In this document: positions 8,720-17,004 of the stretch, piece after piece | Layout of the letters: each line of letters opens with the position of its first letter | Position numbering within the stretch: the stretch's first letter is position 1 | Origin: a virus | Taxonomy: Duplodnaviria; Caudoviricetes | Direction: 5' to 3' (one strand) | Length of the DNA: 26,738 nt | IMG/VR virus record: IMGVR_UViG_3300021121_000028 | Span: 1-26,738 of that record | The notes under the pieces: model-generated | The model's database searches: none | The model's input: only the letters and a program-made list of their open reading frames with translations | What the model was told of the DNA's origin: nothing | Translations under genes and position numbers: made by a program

Positions 8720-9013
8720 ATGAGTATTGAAGAAGAAAAAGTTAGAACACAGATTTGGGTATTAAGATTGATGGCTATCGTTTTAGGTAGCGTATTAGTA
8801 TCTACTGTATTAGTAATGTTAGTAGGTTTATTTGTACCTAACACTGTAGTTGATAACGCTGAAATCTTTAAGATTTTAGGTCCAGCATTTAGCATGGTCG
8901 TTGGAGCATTTGTAGGTTCATTCGCTACTATGATGGGAATGAAAACAGAAACTTTTAATCCTAATAGTAAACCAAATAAAACAATCATCGAAGAAAACAT
9001 TAACGAGCAATAA
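8720..9013 (+). CDS. Small two-transmembrane protein (holin-like candidate)
   Basis: Two hydrophobic segments and charged termini. GGAG RBS at 8710-8713, TTAAATA at 8692-8698, TAATG coupling to the NUDIX gene. Confidence 0.65.
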   Translation: MSIEEEKVRTQIWVLRLMAIVLGSVLVSTVLVMLVGLFVPNTVVDNAEIFKILGPAFSMVVGAFVGSFATMMGMKTETFNPNSKPNKTIIEENINEQ

Positions 9014-9414
9014 TGTTTAATGTAGCCGCCGGTATATTCTTTTACTGCAAAAGTACAAATCGTTTTTTGTATTTGATGCGTAATGATAAAAATTATAACT
9101 GGAGTATACCTGGCGGTAAAATTGAAAAAGACGAAACACTGTTAGATGGTCTTAAAAGAGAATGTTTTGAAGAAATGCAATTCTCTGATATAACAAAATT
9201 AATTCCAATACAAAAATTTGTAAACAATACGTTTACATATCATACTTTCTTTTGTGCTGTTGAAAATGAATTTATACCCATATTAAATGATGAACATTGT
9301 GGATATGCGTGGGTAGGTGAAAATCAATATCCTAAACCATTACATAGTGGATTATTTAGTACTGTTAATATAGATTTAGTGCAAGAAAAATTAAAAGCAC
9401 TTATTGAAAAATAA
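9013..9414 (+). CDS. NUDIX hydrolase
   Basis: GKIEKDETLLDGLKRECFEE fits the Nudix box G-x5-E-x7-RE-x2-EE; LNDEHCGYAWV also present. Confidence 0.9.
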   Translation: MFNVAAGIFFYCKSTNRFLYLMRNDKNYNWSIPGGKIEKDETLLDGLKRECFEEMQFSDITKLIPIQKFVNNTFTYHTFFCAVENEFIPILNDEHCGYAWVGENQYPKPLHSGLFSTVNIDLVQEKLKALIEK

Positions 9415-9729
9415 TTACATTCCTAACATTTTACTAATTACGTGAAATCCTAATGCGCCTGCTGTAGCAGCACCGCCCATTACCATCCAACGCCATTTTT
9501 CTAAACTGTTAATTTTACTATTAACTTCTTTATGTTGTTTTTGATTTTCTTCTTGGAAATTACGTAGTGTGTCGTGTATTTTATCGAAATTATGTTCTAC
9601 TTTATCATCAAGATTGTCAACACAATCTTTTAAATCAACAAACTTCTGGTCCAGGTTTGACACCTGGACCTGAAGTACAGCAATATCTGTTTCTGTTTTC
9701 ACTTTGTTGATACGTGCTGCTGCTGGCAT
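9415..9729 (-). CDS. Coiled-coil protein with C-terminal membrane anchor
   Basis: Heptad-rich body followed by LEKWRWMVMGGAATAGALGF. Confidence 0.7.
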   Translation of the reverse strand: MPAAARINKVKTETDIAVLQVQVSNLDQKFVDLKDCVDNLDDKVEHNFDKIHDTLRNFQEENQKQHKEVNSKINSLEKWRWMVMGGAATAGALGFHVISKMLGM

Positions 9730-9734
9730 GACTA

Positions 9735-11147
9735 TTAAGTGTTGTTAATAGTTACGATAGGCTGAGGTTGTCCACCGTATGTGTTGCCTGCGTATGCTGT
9801 ACCAAATGTAGCGATGACATCTGGATATACATTAGACAATACAGCTAAACCTGTACCTGAACCACCTGCGCTAGCTGCTGTGAATGTTACACCAGTCATG
9901 TTACTAGCTGATCCAATTGCTGTCCAGTTAGTATTACCTGAGTAGTAAATTGTGTATACTGAACCAGGTGTTAATGAACCATCTGCAACTGTTGCTGGGA
10001 ACACTTCACTTTGATAATCACTTAATGAATATACATACTCAGTTGATGGAGTTGCTGTTGTAGCAATAATTGACATTGTGTTTGGTCCCAATGATGCGTT
10101 TGCTACGTTTGCTGTATAAGCAGGAGCTGTAATACCAGTTACTGTACCGTGTACAAGATATTTTGATTTGCCTTTTTGACGAACAATATATCCTGCTTCT
10201 GGAAGTGCACCTAATAAAGGATCACCGTAACCATTGAATCCTGCAGCATTGTAATTTGAGTTAGCACTCAATACTGCTTGGTTTTGGATAGCATTTGCTG
10301 TTACGCTCGCGTTTGATGCTAAAGCAACGTTTGGACCACCTGGATATGCAGCAACTGTAAATGCAGCAGCGTTTGGAATATTTCTTACGAAATATGTACT
10401 GTTAGCTACTAAGTTACCAAATGATGTATCAAATATAACTGGATCACCTGCTACAAGAGTTTGAGCATTGCCAGAAGTACCAATAACGTTACCGGTAGCA
10501 GTACTATTAGCAACTGCAACTGTTACATTACCTACATTGTTTGATACTACACCTAATAAATTTAAGCTGTAATTATTTGGTGTGCCTTGATAAGCATAAA
10601 GATGTGTACCATTTGCTATGTTAGCAAAGTCAGTACCTAAACCAACAATTGTAGCACTAGCATTACTTGCAAAAACTGTACCAACTAAGTTGGCACCGAA
10701 TGCTACGTTTACTAATGTTTGTTTACCAAACTGTGCTGTGTTACCACCTACAGCACCATATGATGTATTGTTTGTTGCTGTATTTGAACCATTTGGATTA
10801 CTGAATCCATAATCAATCAAACCAACTGTTAAAGCAACTGATTGGCCTGTTGTGTTAGTAATTGATGGATATGTTCTTGGTTGAACACTTAATTCTGTTG
10901 CTGAAGCACTGAATGTATTGTTACCTAAAATGTTTTCAACATAATATGTTGTGCCAGCAACTAAGCCGCCAACGTTTGATGCTACAGTGAATGGCATGTT
11001 TGGAAGAATGCCTTCGCCTGCAGTACTTGTATAACCACTAGCTGGTTGTTTAATATTTTGTGACACGGTTACTACGTAACCTGCCGCTGTTGTAGCAGTA
11101 AGTGTCAATACTGCTTGCGACTTTGCTATTTTAATCGGACGTCCCAT
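9735..11147 (-). CDS. Putative virion structural protein
   Basis: 470 aa, A/G/N/T/V-rich beta-type composition with an internal repeat. AAGGAG RBS at 11155-11160; late promoter at 11229-11235. Confidence 0.7.
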   Translation of the reverse strand: MGRPIKIAKSQAVLTLTATTAAGYVVTVSQNIKQPASGYTSTAGEGILPNMPFTVASNVGGLVAGTTYYVENILGNNTFSASATELSVQPRTYPSITNTTGQSVALTVGLIDYGFSNPNGSNTATNNTSYGAVGGNTAQFGKQTLVNVAFGANLVGTVFASNASATIVGLGTDFANIANGTHLYAYQGTPNNYSLNLLGVVSNNVGNVTVAVANSTATGNVIGTSGNAQTLVAGDPVIFDTSFGNLVANSTYFVRNIPNAAAFTVAAYPGGPNVALASNASVTANAIQNQAVLSANSNYNAAGFNGYGDPLLGALPEAGYIVRQKGKSKYLVHGTVTGITAPAYTANVANASLGPNTMSIIATTATPSTEYVYSLSDYQSEVFPATVADGSLTPGSVYTIYYSGNTNWTAIGSASNMTGVTFTAASAGGSGTGLAVLSNVYPDVIATFGTAYAGNTYGGQPQPIVTINNT

Positions 11148-11164
11148 TTTTTTTCTCCTTATAT

Positions 11165-11221
11165 GTGGGTTCTAGCCACTACGCGGTGGTATCCGCGTAA
11201 GTCATTGCAACCATGCAATGA
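11165..11221 (-). ncRNA. Candidate structured 5' leader RNA (three tandem hairpins)
   Basis: Plus-strand arms: GTGG/CCAC (11165-11179), TACGCGG/CCGCGTA (11180-11199), TCATTGCA/TGCAATGA (11202-11221). They lie between the late promoter and the RBS. Confidence 0.55.
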
Positions 11222-11228
11222 ACAATAC

Positions 11229-11235
11229 TATTTAT
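11229..11235 (-). promoter_or_regulatory. Late promoter ATAAATA
   Basis: TATTTAT on the plus strand, upstream of the structured leader and ORF 9735-11147. Confidence 0.65.
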
Positions 11236-11258
11236 CACATTATGGGATTAATACAGTC

Positions 11259-14021
11259 TTATAATCTGCCAACAGCAATTTCAATAATGCCGTCATTGCC
11301 GTTATAATCAGCTAGTGCTTTGCCTATTACAGTACCGATTAGTGGACTACTACTTGGTCTTGCGTATCCATTGCCACCTGATATTAGCATATCACCTTTG
11401 GTAATTTTGCCTCTTACTTTACAAGGCACACGACCTTGAAGTGCTAATACTACTGGGTATTCAGCATTTATGCCACTGTTCATAACATAAGCAGGATTTG
11501 TACTTACTACACCGGCAATTCTGTTTGTGCCATCTTCAGCCATAGTTACTTCATTTATGCCACCAAACATTAATACAGTACCCGGTTCATAATTGCTATC
11601 ACTACTATAATATTCACCCAAGTCAGCGTATGTAGCTGTTAGCTTACTTCCTGCGCTAAGTGCCCAGTTACCAGTAATTGTGCCTGCTGTTGTGTTTGCA
11701 CCTGCGTTTATAATAGTAATATTGTTTAATGTATTAATATTATTTTGAGTGTTCCCCATTACAGTAGTTGCTTGCGATACTGTGCCGGTCACGTTGCTTC
11801 CTGCTACACTATTAGCTACCGCAGCATATCCTACTTGACCGCTAACGTTTGCTCCTGCTACAGCATTTGCGGTTGCGGCATAAGATACTTGACCACTAAC
11901 ATTAGCACCTGCTACTGAATTTGCTGAACTTGCCACCGTGGCACTACCTGCACTAGTGGCATATGTTGCGTTTGCTACAGTACCACTGACATTTGCACCG
12001 GCAACTGCGTTGGCAGTAGTCGCGTATGCAACTGCACCTGACACATTTGCACCTGCCACTGAGTTAGCTGTAGATGCATATGAAACCGCACCTGACACAT
12101 TCGCACCAGCAACTGAGTTAGCTGTGGTTGCATATGTAGCCAATCCAACTGCACCACTTACGTTACCGCCAGCAACTGCATTGGCAGTAGTCGCGTATGC
12201 AACTGCACCTGATACATTTGCACCTGCTACTGAGTTGGCAACTGCGGCATAACCTACTTGGCCGGTGACATTAGACCCTGTTAAGCTAGTTAACCCAGAA
12301 CCATTAGCATACAATACCATTGATGCAGTATTGACTGATGAAGTTACATTCAAAAGTGTTGTTGCAAAAGAAACTGACCAACCAGTATTCCATTGTGAAG
12401 CTGCATAGTTACTATAACCTGCTTGGAATTCAGTTACGAATACTTGAGGGTAACTCCATACTGTGCTTGTTTCACCGATATAAATGCAGCAATATGTGCC
12501 ATCAAATCCAAATCTTACATTCAAGGCGGGACGAGAATTCGTAGTAATATCAGCAAAAGTACTATACCATCCCGAGGATGGTAAATAGTTATATCCACCT
12601 AGATTAATTTCAAACGCTTGACCATCATACGTATAAACTGTAACGGTCATACGCATCATGGTATTTGTAAAACCTTGAGGTAATGTAATCTTTATTGCAC
12701 CAGTTACGGCACTAGTGGATGTAGCATAAGATGCTCCGCCTGGATTGACAACACGCAATGCATAACCAGTACCAGAAACGTCTGTTATGCCAGCAGTAAA
12801 CACCCCTGTACCAGCACCAATGTTACCAACATTAGCGTTACCTGATACGTTAAGAGAAGTTAGTGTACCAACGCTTGTAATGTTTGGTTGTGCATTTGTT
12901 GTTAAATTACCTGATATACGATTAGCAGTTATATTGTTTGTAGCAAAAAAATTGTTTGAAAAAATACTTCCTGTATTTGGATTTGATACAGACAAATTAC
13001 TTACAGTTAATATAGAGTTAGCAAAGTCATAAGTTAAACTTGCACTACCTGCTAATAAGTTATTATTGTTATATTGTATAGATGTGGTTGATCCGGCTGC
13101 TGCTGAGTTACCACCTGAGCCACCAATAGATGAAATGGCTCTACCACCTGTTGCGTATACGTTAGCAGTACCATATGCATTGGTTAATCCTACTGTACTT
13201 CCTCCTGGAGTTAGTGACACAGTAATAACGTTAGCTGAATTTGTTAAAATATAATAGGTAGTATTTGCCTGAATGCCGCCAAATGTTGTGCCTATAAATT
13301 GAATACTTTCACCTGTAGAAAAAGGTACTGAGTTTGACAATAAAATACCTGAGTTGCCAGCAAATGTATTAGACACTGCTGAATAAGGGAAAGCTGTATA
13401 ACTTGATGAATTTATTAAGTTAGATGTATTACCATCTTGGGTAGTACATAAATTAAATGTATTAGAAGTTACAGGAACAACATAATAGACTTGACCATTA
13501 AGCTGTGTCATTCCAGGAACATTAGTAATTGTTACAGCAGCTCCTTTAGTGAAATAGTTATCTTGTGTTGTAGTAACTACTGCGGGATTAGCTTTTGTAA
13601 CATCTTGAATATATGCTGTTAGTGTTGTTTTAGGTGCCCAACTTAAATTTCCGGTACCGTCAGTTTGTAATACATAACCAATAGCTCCGCCACCAATGCT
13701 TACATTGCTAACATTACCTAAATTAATGTTTCCACCTGCATTTCCACCTGCATTGACCCAATTGGTTCCGTCAAATGCTAGTACTTCTCCTGTACTTAAT
13801 GATGATGCGGTGATATTTAAATTACCTACAGCACCTGTAATTTGATCAAATGCAATATTTGAATAAGAAGTTAATACTTCAATATTCTCAGCAGGGGTAG
13901 TTTTACCAATAAACAGTTGTTTAGTATCTGTTGCCCAGCCAAATTCGGCTTCGTTAAGTTGCGGTAAATCTACAAGATTACCGGATCTTTGTTGGATTTG
14001 GGAAATTTGTACAATAGCCAT
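11259..14021 (-). CDS. Tail fibre / receptor-binding structural protein
   Basis: N-terminus IQQRSG..LPQL..AEFGWATDTKQLFIG (Mtd/hyaluronidase N-terminal-like anchor); G/N/A/S/T-rich shaft with repeats; C-terminus ADLGEYY..GVVSTNPAYVMN..ALQGRVPCKV is typical of fibre ends. Confidence 0.8.
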   Translation of the reverse strand: MAIVQISQIQQRSGNLVDLPQLNEAEFGWATDTKQLFIGKTTPAENIEVLTSYSNIAFDQITGAVGNLNITASSLSTGEVLAFDGTNWVNAGGNAGGNINLGNVSNVSIGGGAIGYVLQTDGTGNLSWAPKTTLTAYIQDVTKANPAVVTTTQDNYFTKGAAVTITNVPGMTQLNGQVYYVVPVTSNTFNLCTTQDGNTSNLINSSSYTAFPYSAVSNTFAGNSGILLSNSVPFSTGESIQFIGTTFGGIQANTTYYILTNSANVITVSLTPGGSTVGLTNAYGTANVYATGGRAISSIGGSGGNSAAAGSTTSIQYNNNNLLAGSASLTYDFANSILTVSNLSVSNPNTGSIFSNNFFATNNITANRISGNLTTNAQPNITSVGTLTSLNVSGNANVGNIGAGTGVFTAGITDVSGTGYALRVVNPGGASYATSTSAVTGAIKITLPQGFTNTMMRMTVTVYTYDGQAFEINLGGYNYLPSSGWYSTFADITTNSRPALNVRFGFDGTYCCIYIGETSTVWSYPQVFVTEFQAGYSNYAASQWNTGWSVSFATTLLNVTSSVNTASMVLYANGSGLTSLTGSNVTGQVGYAAVANSVAGANVSGAVAYATTANAVAGGNVSGAVGLATYATTANSVAGANVSGAVSYASTANSVAGANVSGAVAYATTANAVAGANVSGTVANATYATSAGSATVASSANSVAGANVSGQVSYAATANAVAGANVSGQVGYAAVANSVAGSNVTGTVSQATTVMGNTQNNINTLNNITIINAGANTTAGTITGNWALSAGSKLTATYADLGEYYSSDSNYEPGTVLMFGGINEVTMAEDGTNRIAGVVSTNPAYVMNSGINAEYPVVLALQGRVPCKVRGKITKGDMLISGGNGYARPSSSPLIGTVIGKALADYNGNDGIIEIAVGRL
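11780..12285 (-). repeat. Intragenic tandem repeat, about nine units of about 18 aa (VAGANVSGAVAYATTANA)
   Basis: Nine GxNV[ST]G cores in the translation; 12001-12065 and 12172-12236 match at 62 of 65 nt. Confidence 0.9.
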
Positions 14022-14053
14022 AGTTTTAATATACTCGTATTAAAACTATTTAT
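14020..14053 (-). promoter_or_regulatory. Late promoter (14047-14053) overlapped by a 12-bp hairpin that covers the tail-fibre start codon
   Basis: ATAGTTTTAATA (14020-14031) and TATTAAAACTAT (14038-14049) form a perfect inverted repeat with a 6-nt loop. Confidence 0.7.
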
Positions 14054-14073
14054 CACTTTGGAAGAGTTAACGG

Positions 14074-14760
14074 CTATAAAAATTTGGAGTAGTATTCTTC
14101 TAGTCTTTTAAACCAAAGGTCAGTATATTTGTCAAATTCTACACCCTGAAGTACAAATTCTTGGTATACATTATCAGCACTACACATAAAGATCACGCCT
14201 TTACGGATCTCTGTATTCCAGACTTTGTTATGAGCATTAGCATATGCTGCTAATTGTAGAAAATAGTCCTCAATCCATTCGCGTTTTTTTGGCTTGTTAG
14301 TTTGCTTATGGTCCATTATACATTCTACGTTATCGTGAATACCAACTAAGTCTGTGGTTCCTGCGTAAATGTCAGGATAGTATAAACTAACTTCTGTGCC
14401 CCAGTATTCCTGACATTTACTTAATCCCTCAGATATAATTGTATGGGCCATTGTATGACTTTGTAGACTATATGGATTACTGCCAGGCTCCCCGGTCTCA
14501 CCTGTTTTGATATAATTTTCAAGCCACTTATGCATACGTGTGCCGCGACCCGCAGCTTCAGTTGTAATTTGTCGTGCCTTTTCTTCGCCTACACGTTTGC
14601 GCCATTCACGCAATGCTTTTTTGCTTTCTTCTGGTTTGGTAGCGTCTAATATTGTAGTAACACTAGGAACACGTTCTCCGTTTGGGGTTACATAGTGTCT
14701 TGAACCGTTTAGTGTTTCTCTTTTTAATTGATCGTAGAGATATTTGTTAGGATTATACAT
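14074..14760 (-). CDS. PD-(D/E)XK family exonuclease
   Basis: VPSVTTIL, RGTRMHKWLE, TEVSL, YAGTTDLVG..IMDHKQT and QLAAYA motifs. Confidence 0.88.
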   Translation of the reverse strand: MYNPNKYLYDQLKRETLNGSRHYVTPNGERVPSVTTILDATKPEESKKALREWRKRVGEEKARQITTEAAGRGTRMHKWLENYIKTGETGEPGSNPYSLQSHTMAHTIISEGLSKCQEYWGTEVSLYYPDIYAGTTDLVGIHDNVECIMDHKQTNKPKKREWIEDYFLQLAAYANAHNKVWNTEIRKGVIFMCSADNVYQEFVLQGVEFDKYTDLWFKRLEEYYSKFL

Positions 14761-14766
14761 TAAGTT

Positions 14767-14795
14767 ATTGTATCAAATACTTATTTAGATGTCAA
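14767..14795 (-). promoter_or_regulatory. sigma70-type promoter TTGACA-17-TACAAT (extended TGn), predicted leaderless
   Basis: -35 at 14790-14795, -10 at 14767-14772, 6 nt to the ATG at 14760. Confidence 0.78.
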
Positions 14796-14812
14796 TAAAA
14801 ATAAATAAACTC

Positions 14813-15559
14813 ATGAATATTTTGGTGTCTGGTTGTAGTTTTACATTTTGTCACAACGATGGTGGTAATTGGACTGGATCATATGTGCCGAACCATTGGC
14901 CTAATCATTTAGATAAAAGATTTAAAGTTACTAATATTGGCAGATTTGCTGCCAGAAATCAATATATTGCAAATGGTGTTATATCAGAATTATCACAGAA
15001 AGATTATGATCACGTTTTAGTTATGTGGTCAGGTCTTACTAGATTAGATATTTTAACAGATGTTTCAGATTCAACATGGCTTGATATATTAAAAGAATAT
15101 CACTTTTATGGTGTTTTAAAAAATACAAAACTAGCATATGTATTCAGTGGTGGACTTAATGGTAGTTGGAGAGACGCCGATTCATTAATTAACAAAATGT
15201 TTAATAACACTTATAAAATGAGTAGCAGACCAAGTTTGGCTACCAATAGTCTATTAGAAATGATAAAATTACAAAATTATTTAAAACACAGAAATATAAA
15301 TTATCATTTTATGAGTTATGTAAATTACTGGAACGACAAAGAAAATCTTATAAATGGAAATTTTGGATTATTTCAGTATCCTGAACTTCAATATTTAATT
15401 AAACAAATAGATTTTTCAAAATGGATTTTTTCGGATAAGCAATATAACGGAGTATATGAACTTGCACTAAAAAATAATGATTTTTATGATGATAATTTTC
15501 ATCCTGGTCTTTCCGCAGATAAAGCCTGGGCTGAACTTATAAATTCTTACTTATATTGA
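14813..15559 (+). CDS. SGNH/GDSL hydrolase-like protein
   Basis: ILVSGCSFT (GDS-like block I), NIGRFAARN, VMWSG and C-terminal DNFHP (DxxHP). Start set at ATG 14813, 5 nt after ATAAATA at 14801-14807. Confidence 0.6.
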   Translation: MNILVSGCSFTFCHNDGGNWTGSYVPNHWPNHLDKRFKVTNIGRFAARNQYIANGVISELSQKDYDHVLVMWSGLTRLDILTDVSDSTWLDILKEYHFYGVLKNTKLAYVFSGGLNGSWRDADSLINKMFNNTYKMSSRPSLATNSLLEMIKLQNYLKHRNINYHFMSYVNYWNDKENLINGNFGLFQYPELQYLIKQIDFSKWIFSDKQYNGVYELALKNNDFYDDNFHPGLSADKAWAELINSYLY

Positions 15560-16663
15560 TATTATTTTGTTGACTAATTCCTTAGCTACAACATTGTTAT
15601 TTTTTCTATATGTGTGTAATTCTTGATTATGTATTAATATAGGCAACATTTCATATAACATAACACTTAATTGTTCTTGGCTAAATGAATTCAATCGTTT
15701 TACTTCATTTAATATTTTGTTAAATCTAAGATCATCGTCTAACTCAACATCATAACTTTCATCTATCCATTTATTAAATGTCTTATAACCTAAATTATGT
15801 AATGTTTGTAATGTTCCGCGTTCACCTATTATGATAAAAGGTTGCATAGTAGCTATAGGTTTAAATGGTTTTTCATTAAGCTGTAAATGATTAAAATCAG
15901 TATGAAAATAACTCATTGGAATAATATTAATATAACTTGACAAATGCAATTCTGTGTTAGTGCTGAGTGATAAAAAATCAGTTAATATTTCATTAAATTT
16001 TAATGGATTTAAATCTAATTGTTTTTCTTTTACAGTTACAATTTGGTTAGTAACGGGATCACAGTATGTACCAAATTGGGTAGACACATAGGAGGTATTT
16101 TCTAACTCAGGTATTCTACATAGATTATCTACAAAACGTAATCTAAAATCTCTGGCTCTTCCGCCTAAATATAAAAATTTTTTATTTCTTATTTTTACAT
16201 GTTTAATACTTTCAATTACTGGTTTATTGTTAATTGTGGAAATAGTGTGTTCAAAAACGTTAGCACAAAACCCTATTAAATTGAATTTCTTTAACGCAGA
16301 TTCTAATTTATAGTTAGTATCAGTATAAATTATTGATGACGTAGAAATGTTTAAAAATTTAGCTGAACCATTTATTAAATCAGGTATATTTTTGTTACTT
16401 CCTTGACTTATATTAAAACTATCTCCATTACTTGAAAACAGTAACTTAGCTTTGTTATTTTGTAGATCAGCTATGTATTTTGGATTAAAATAATTACACT
16501 TTAGAAACCAATGAAAATTATCTATATTAGCTAATAGATAATAAAAATCCTCTGAGGGCTCAGTTATAAAGTTTGTGTCAATAGTTTTTAATAAGTTTAT
16601 TAAATGTTGATTATTAATATTAGCATAATCACCAGTTTCTAAACTAATCGTTAGTATATTCAA
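15551..16663 (-). CDS. Glycosyltransferase-like protein
   Basis: C-terminal NEKPFKPI..QPFIIIG..GYKTFNKWIDESYD resembles the TEK..K nucleotide-sugar motif of GT10-like/GT-B phage proteins. TTG start. Confidence 0.5.
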   Translation of the reverse strand: MNILTISLETGDYANINNQHLINLLKTIDTNFITEPSEDFYYLLANIDNFHWFLKCNYFNPKYIADLQNNKAKLLFSSNGDSFNISQGSNKNIPDLINGSAKFLNISTSSIIYTDTNYKLESALKKFNLIGFCANVFEHTISTINNKPVIESIKHVKIRNKKFLYLGGRARDFRLRFVDNLCRIPELENTSYVSTQFGTYCDPVTNQIVTVKEKQLDLNPLKFNEILTDFLSLSTNTELHLSSYINIIPMSYFHTDFNHLQLNEKPFKPIATMQPFIIIGERGTLQTLHNLGYKTFNKWIDESYDVELDDDLRFNKILNEVKRLNSFSQEQLSVMLYEMLPILIHNQELHTYRKNNNVVAKELVNKIISI

Positions 16664-16666
16664 ATG

Positions 16667-17002
16667 TTATTTTGCGGCCCTTTGTGCCATTTGCTTTACT
16701 ACTTTCTTTTGATCTTCTGGAGCAGGAGGAGGGCTGTCTAAAGCAGGTTCTTGTTTTTGACCTTTAAATGTTACTTTATCACCTTGAATATTGGTAATGA
16801 AATTACCCATAGGTTCCTGCTTAATCATATTATATAAATCTTGTTTATCTAATATAACATCATACTTTCTATAGTAATCAAGTAATTCATCAACAGTCCA
16901 ATTTGGCTTGACTCTACCTAATTTGATATAGGTTGTCAATTGGTCGCTAAGTGCAATTATTTTAGCGACAAGTGGCTGTTCATCTAATTCAAAGAGAAAC
17001 AT
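16667..17002 (-). CDS. Hypothetical phage protein
   Basis: 111-aa ORF in a tightly packed late operon, ending VVKQMAQRAAK. Confidence 0.75.
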   Translation of the reverse strand: MFLFELDEQPLVAKIIALSDQLTTYIKLGRVKPNWTVDELLDYYRKYDVILDKQDLYNMIKQEPMGNFITNIQGDKVTFKGQKQEPALDSPPPAPEDQKKVVKQMAQRAAK

Positions 17003-17004
17003 TG

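Noticed and set aside
8704-9000. 98-aa minus-strand ORF
   Set aside because: Antisense shadow of the plus-strand membrane protein, which has an RBS, a promoter and coupling to NUDIX.
11165-11221. tRNA or intrinsic terminator
   Set aside because: No enclosing acceptor stem or correctly placed T-loop/D-loop motifs, and no U-tract after the stems on the coding strand.
11780-12285. CRISPR-like array
   Set aside because: The repeats are in-frame and degenerate at third codon positions, with no unique spacers and no cas genes.
11259-14021. Diversity-generating retroelement target (Mtd-like N-terminus)
   Set aside because: No reverse transcriptase and no template/variable repeat pair with adenine-specific differences in the window. 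The Mtd-like part is only the virion-anchoring N-terminus.
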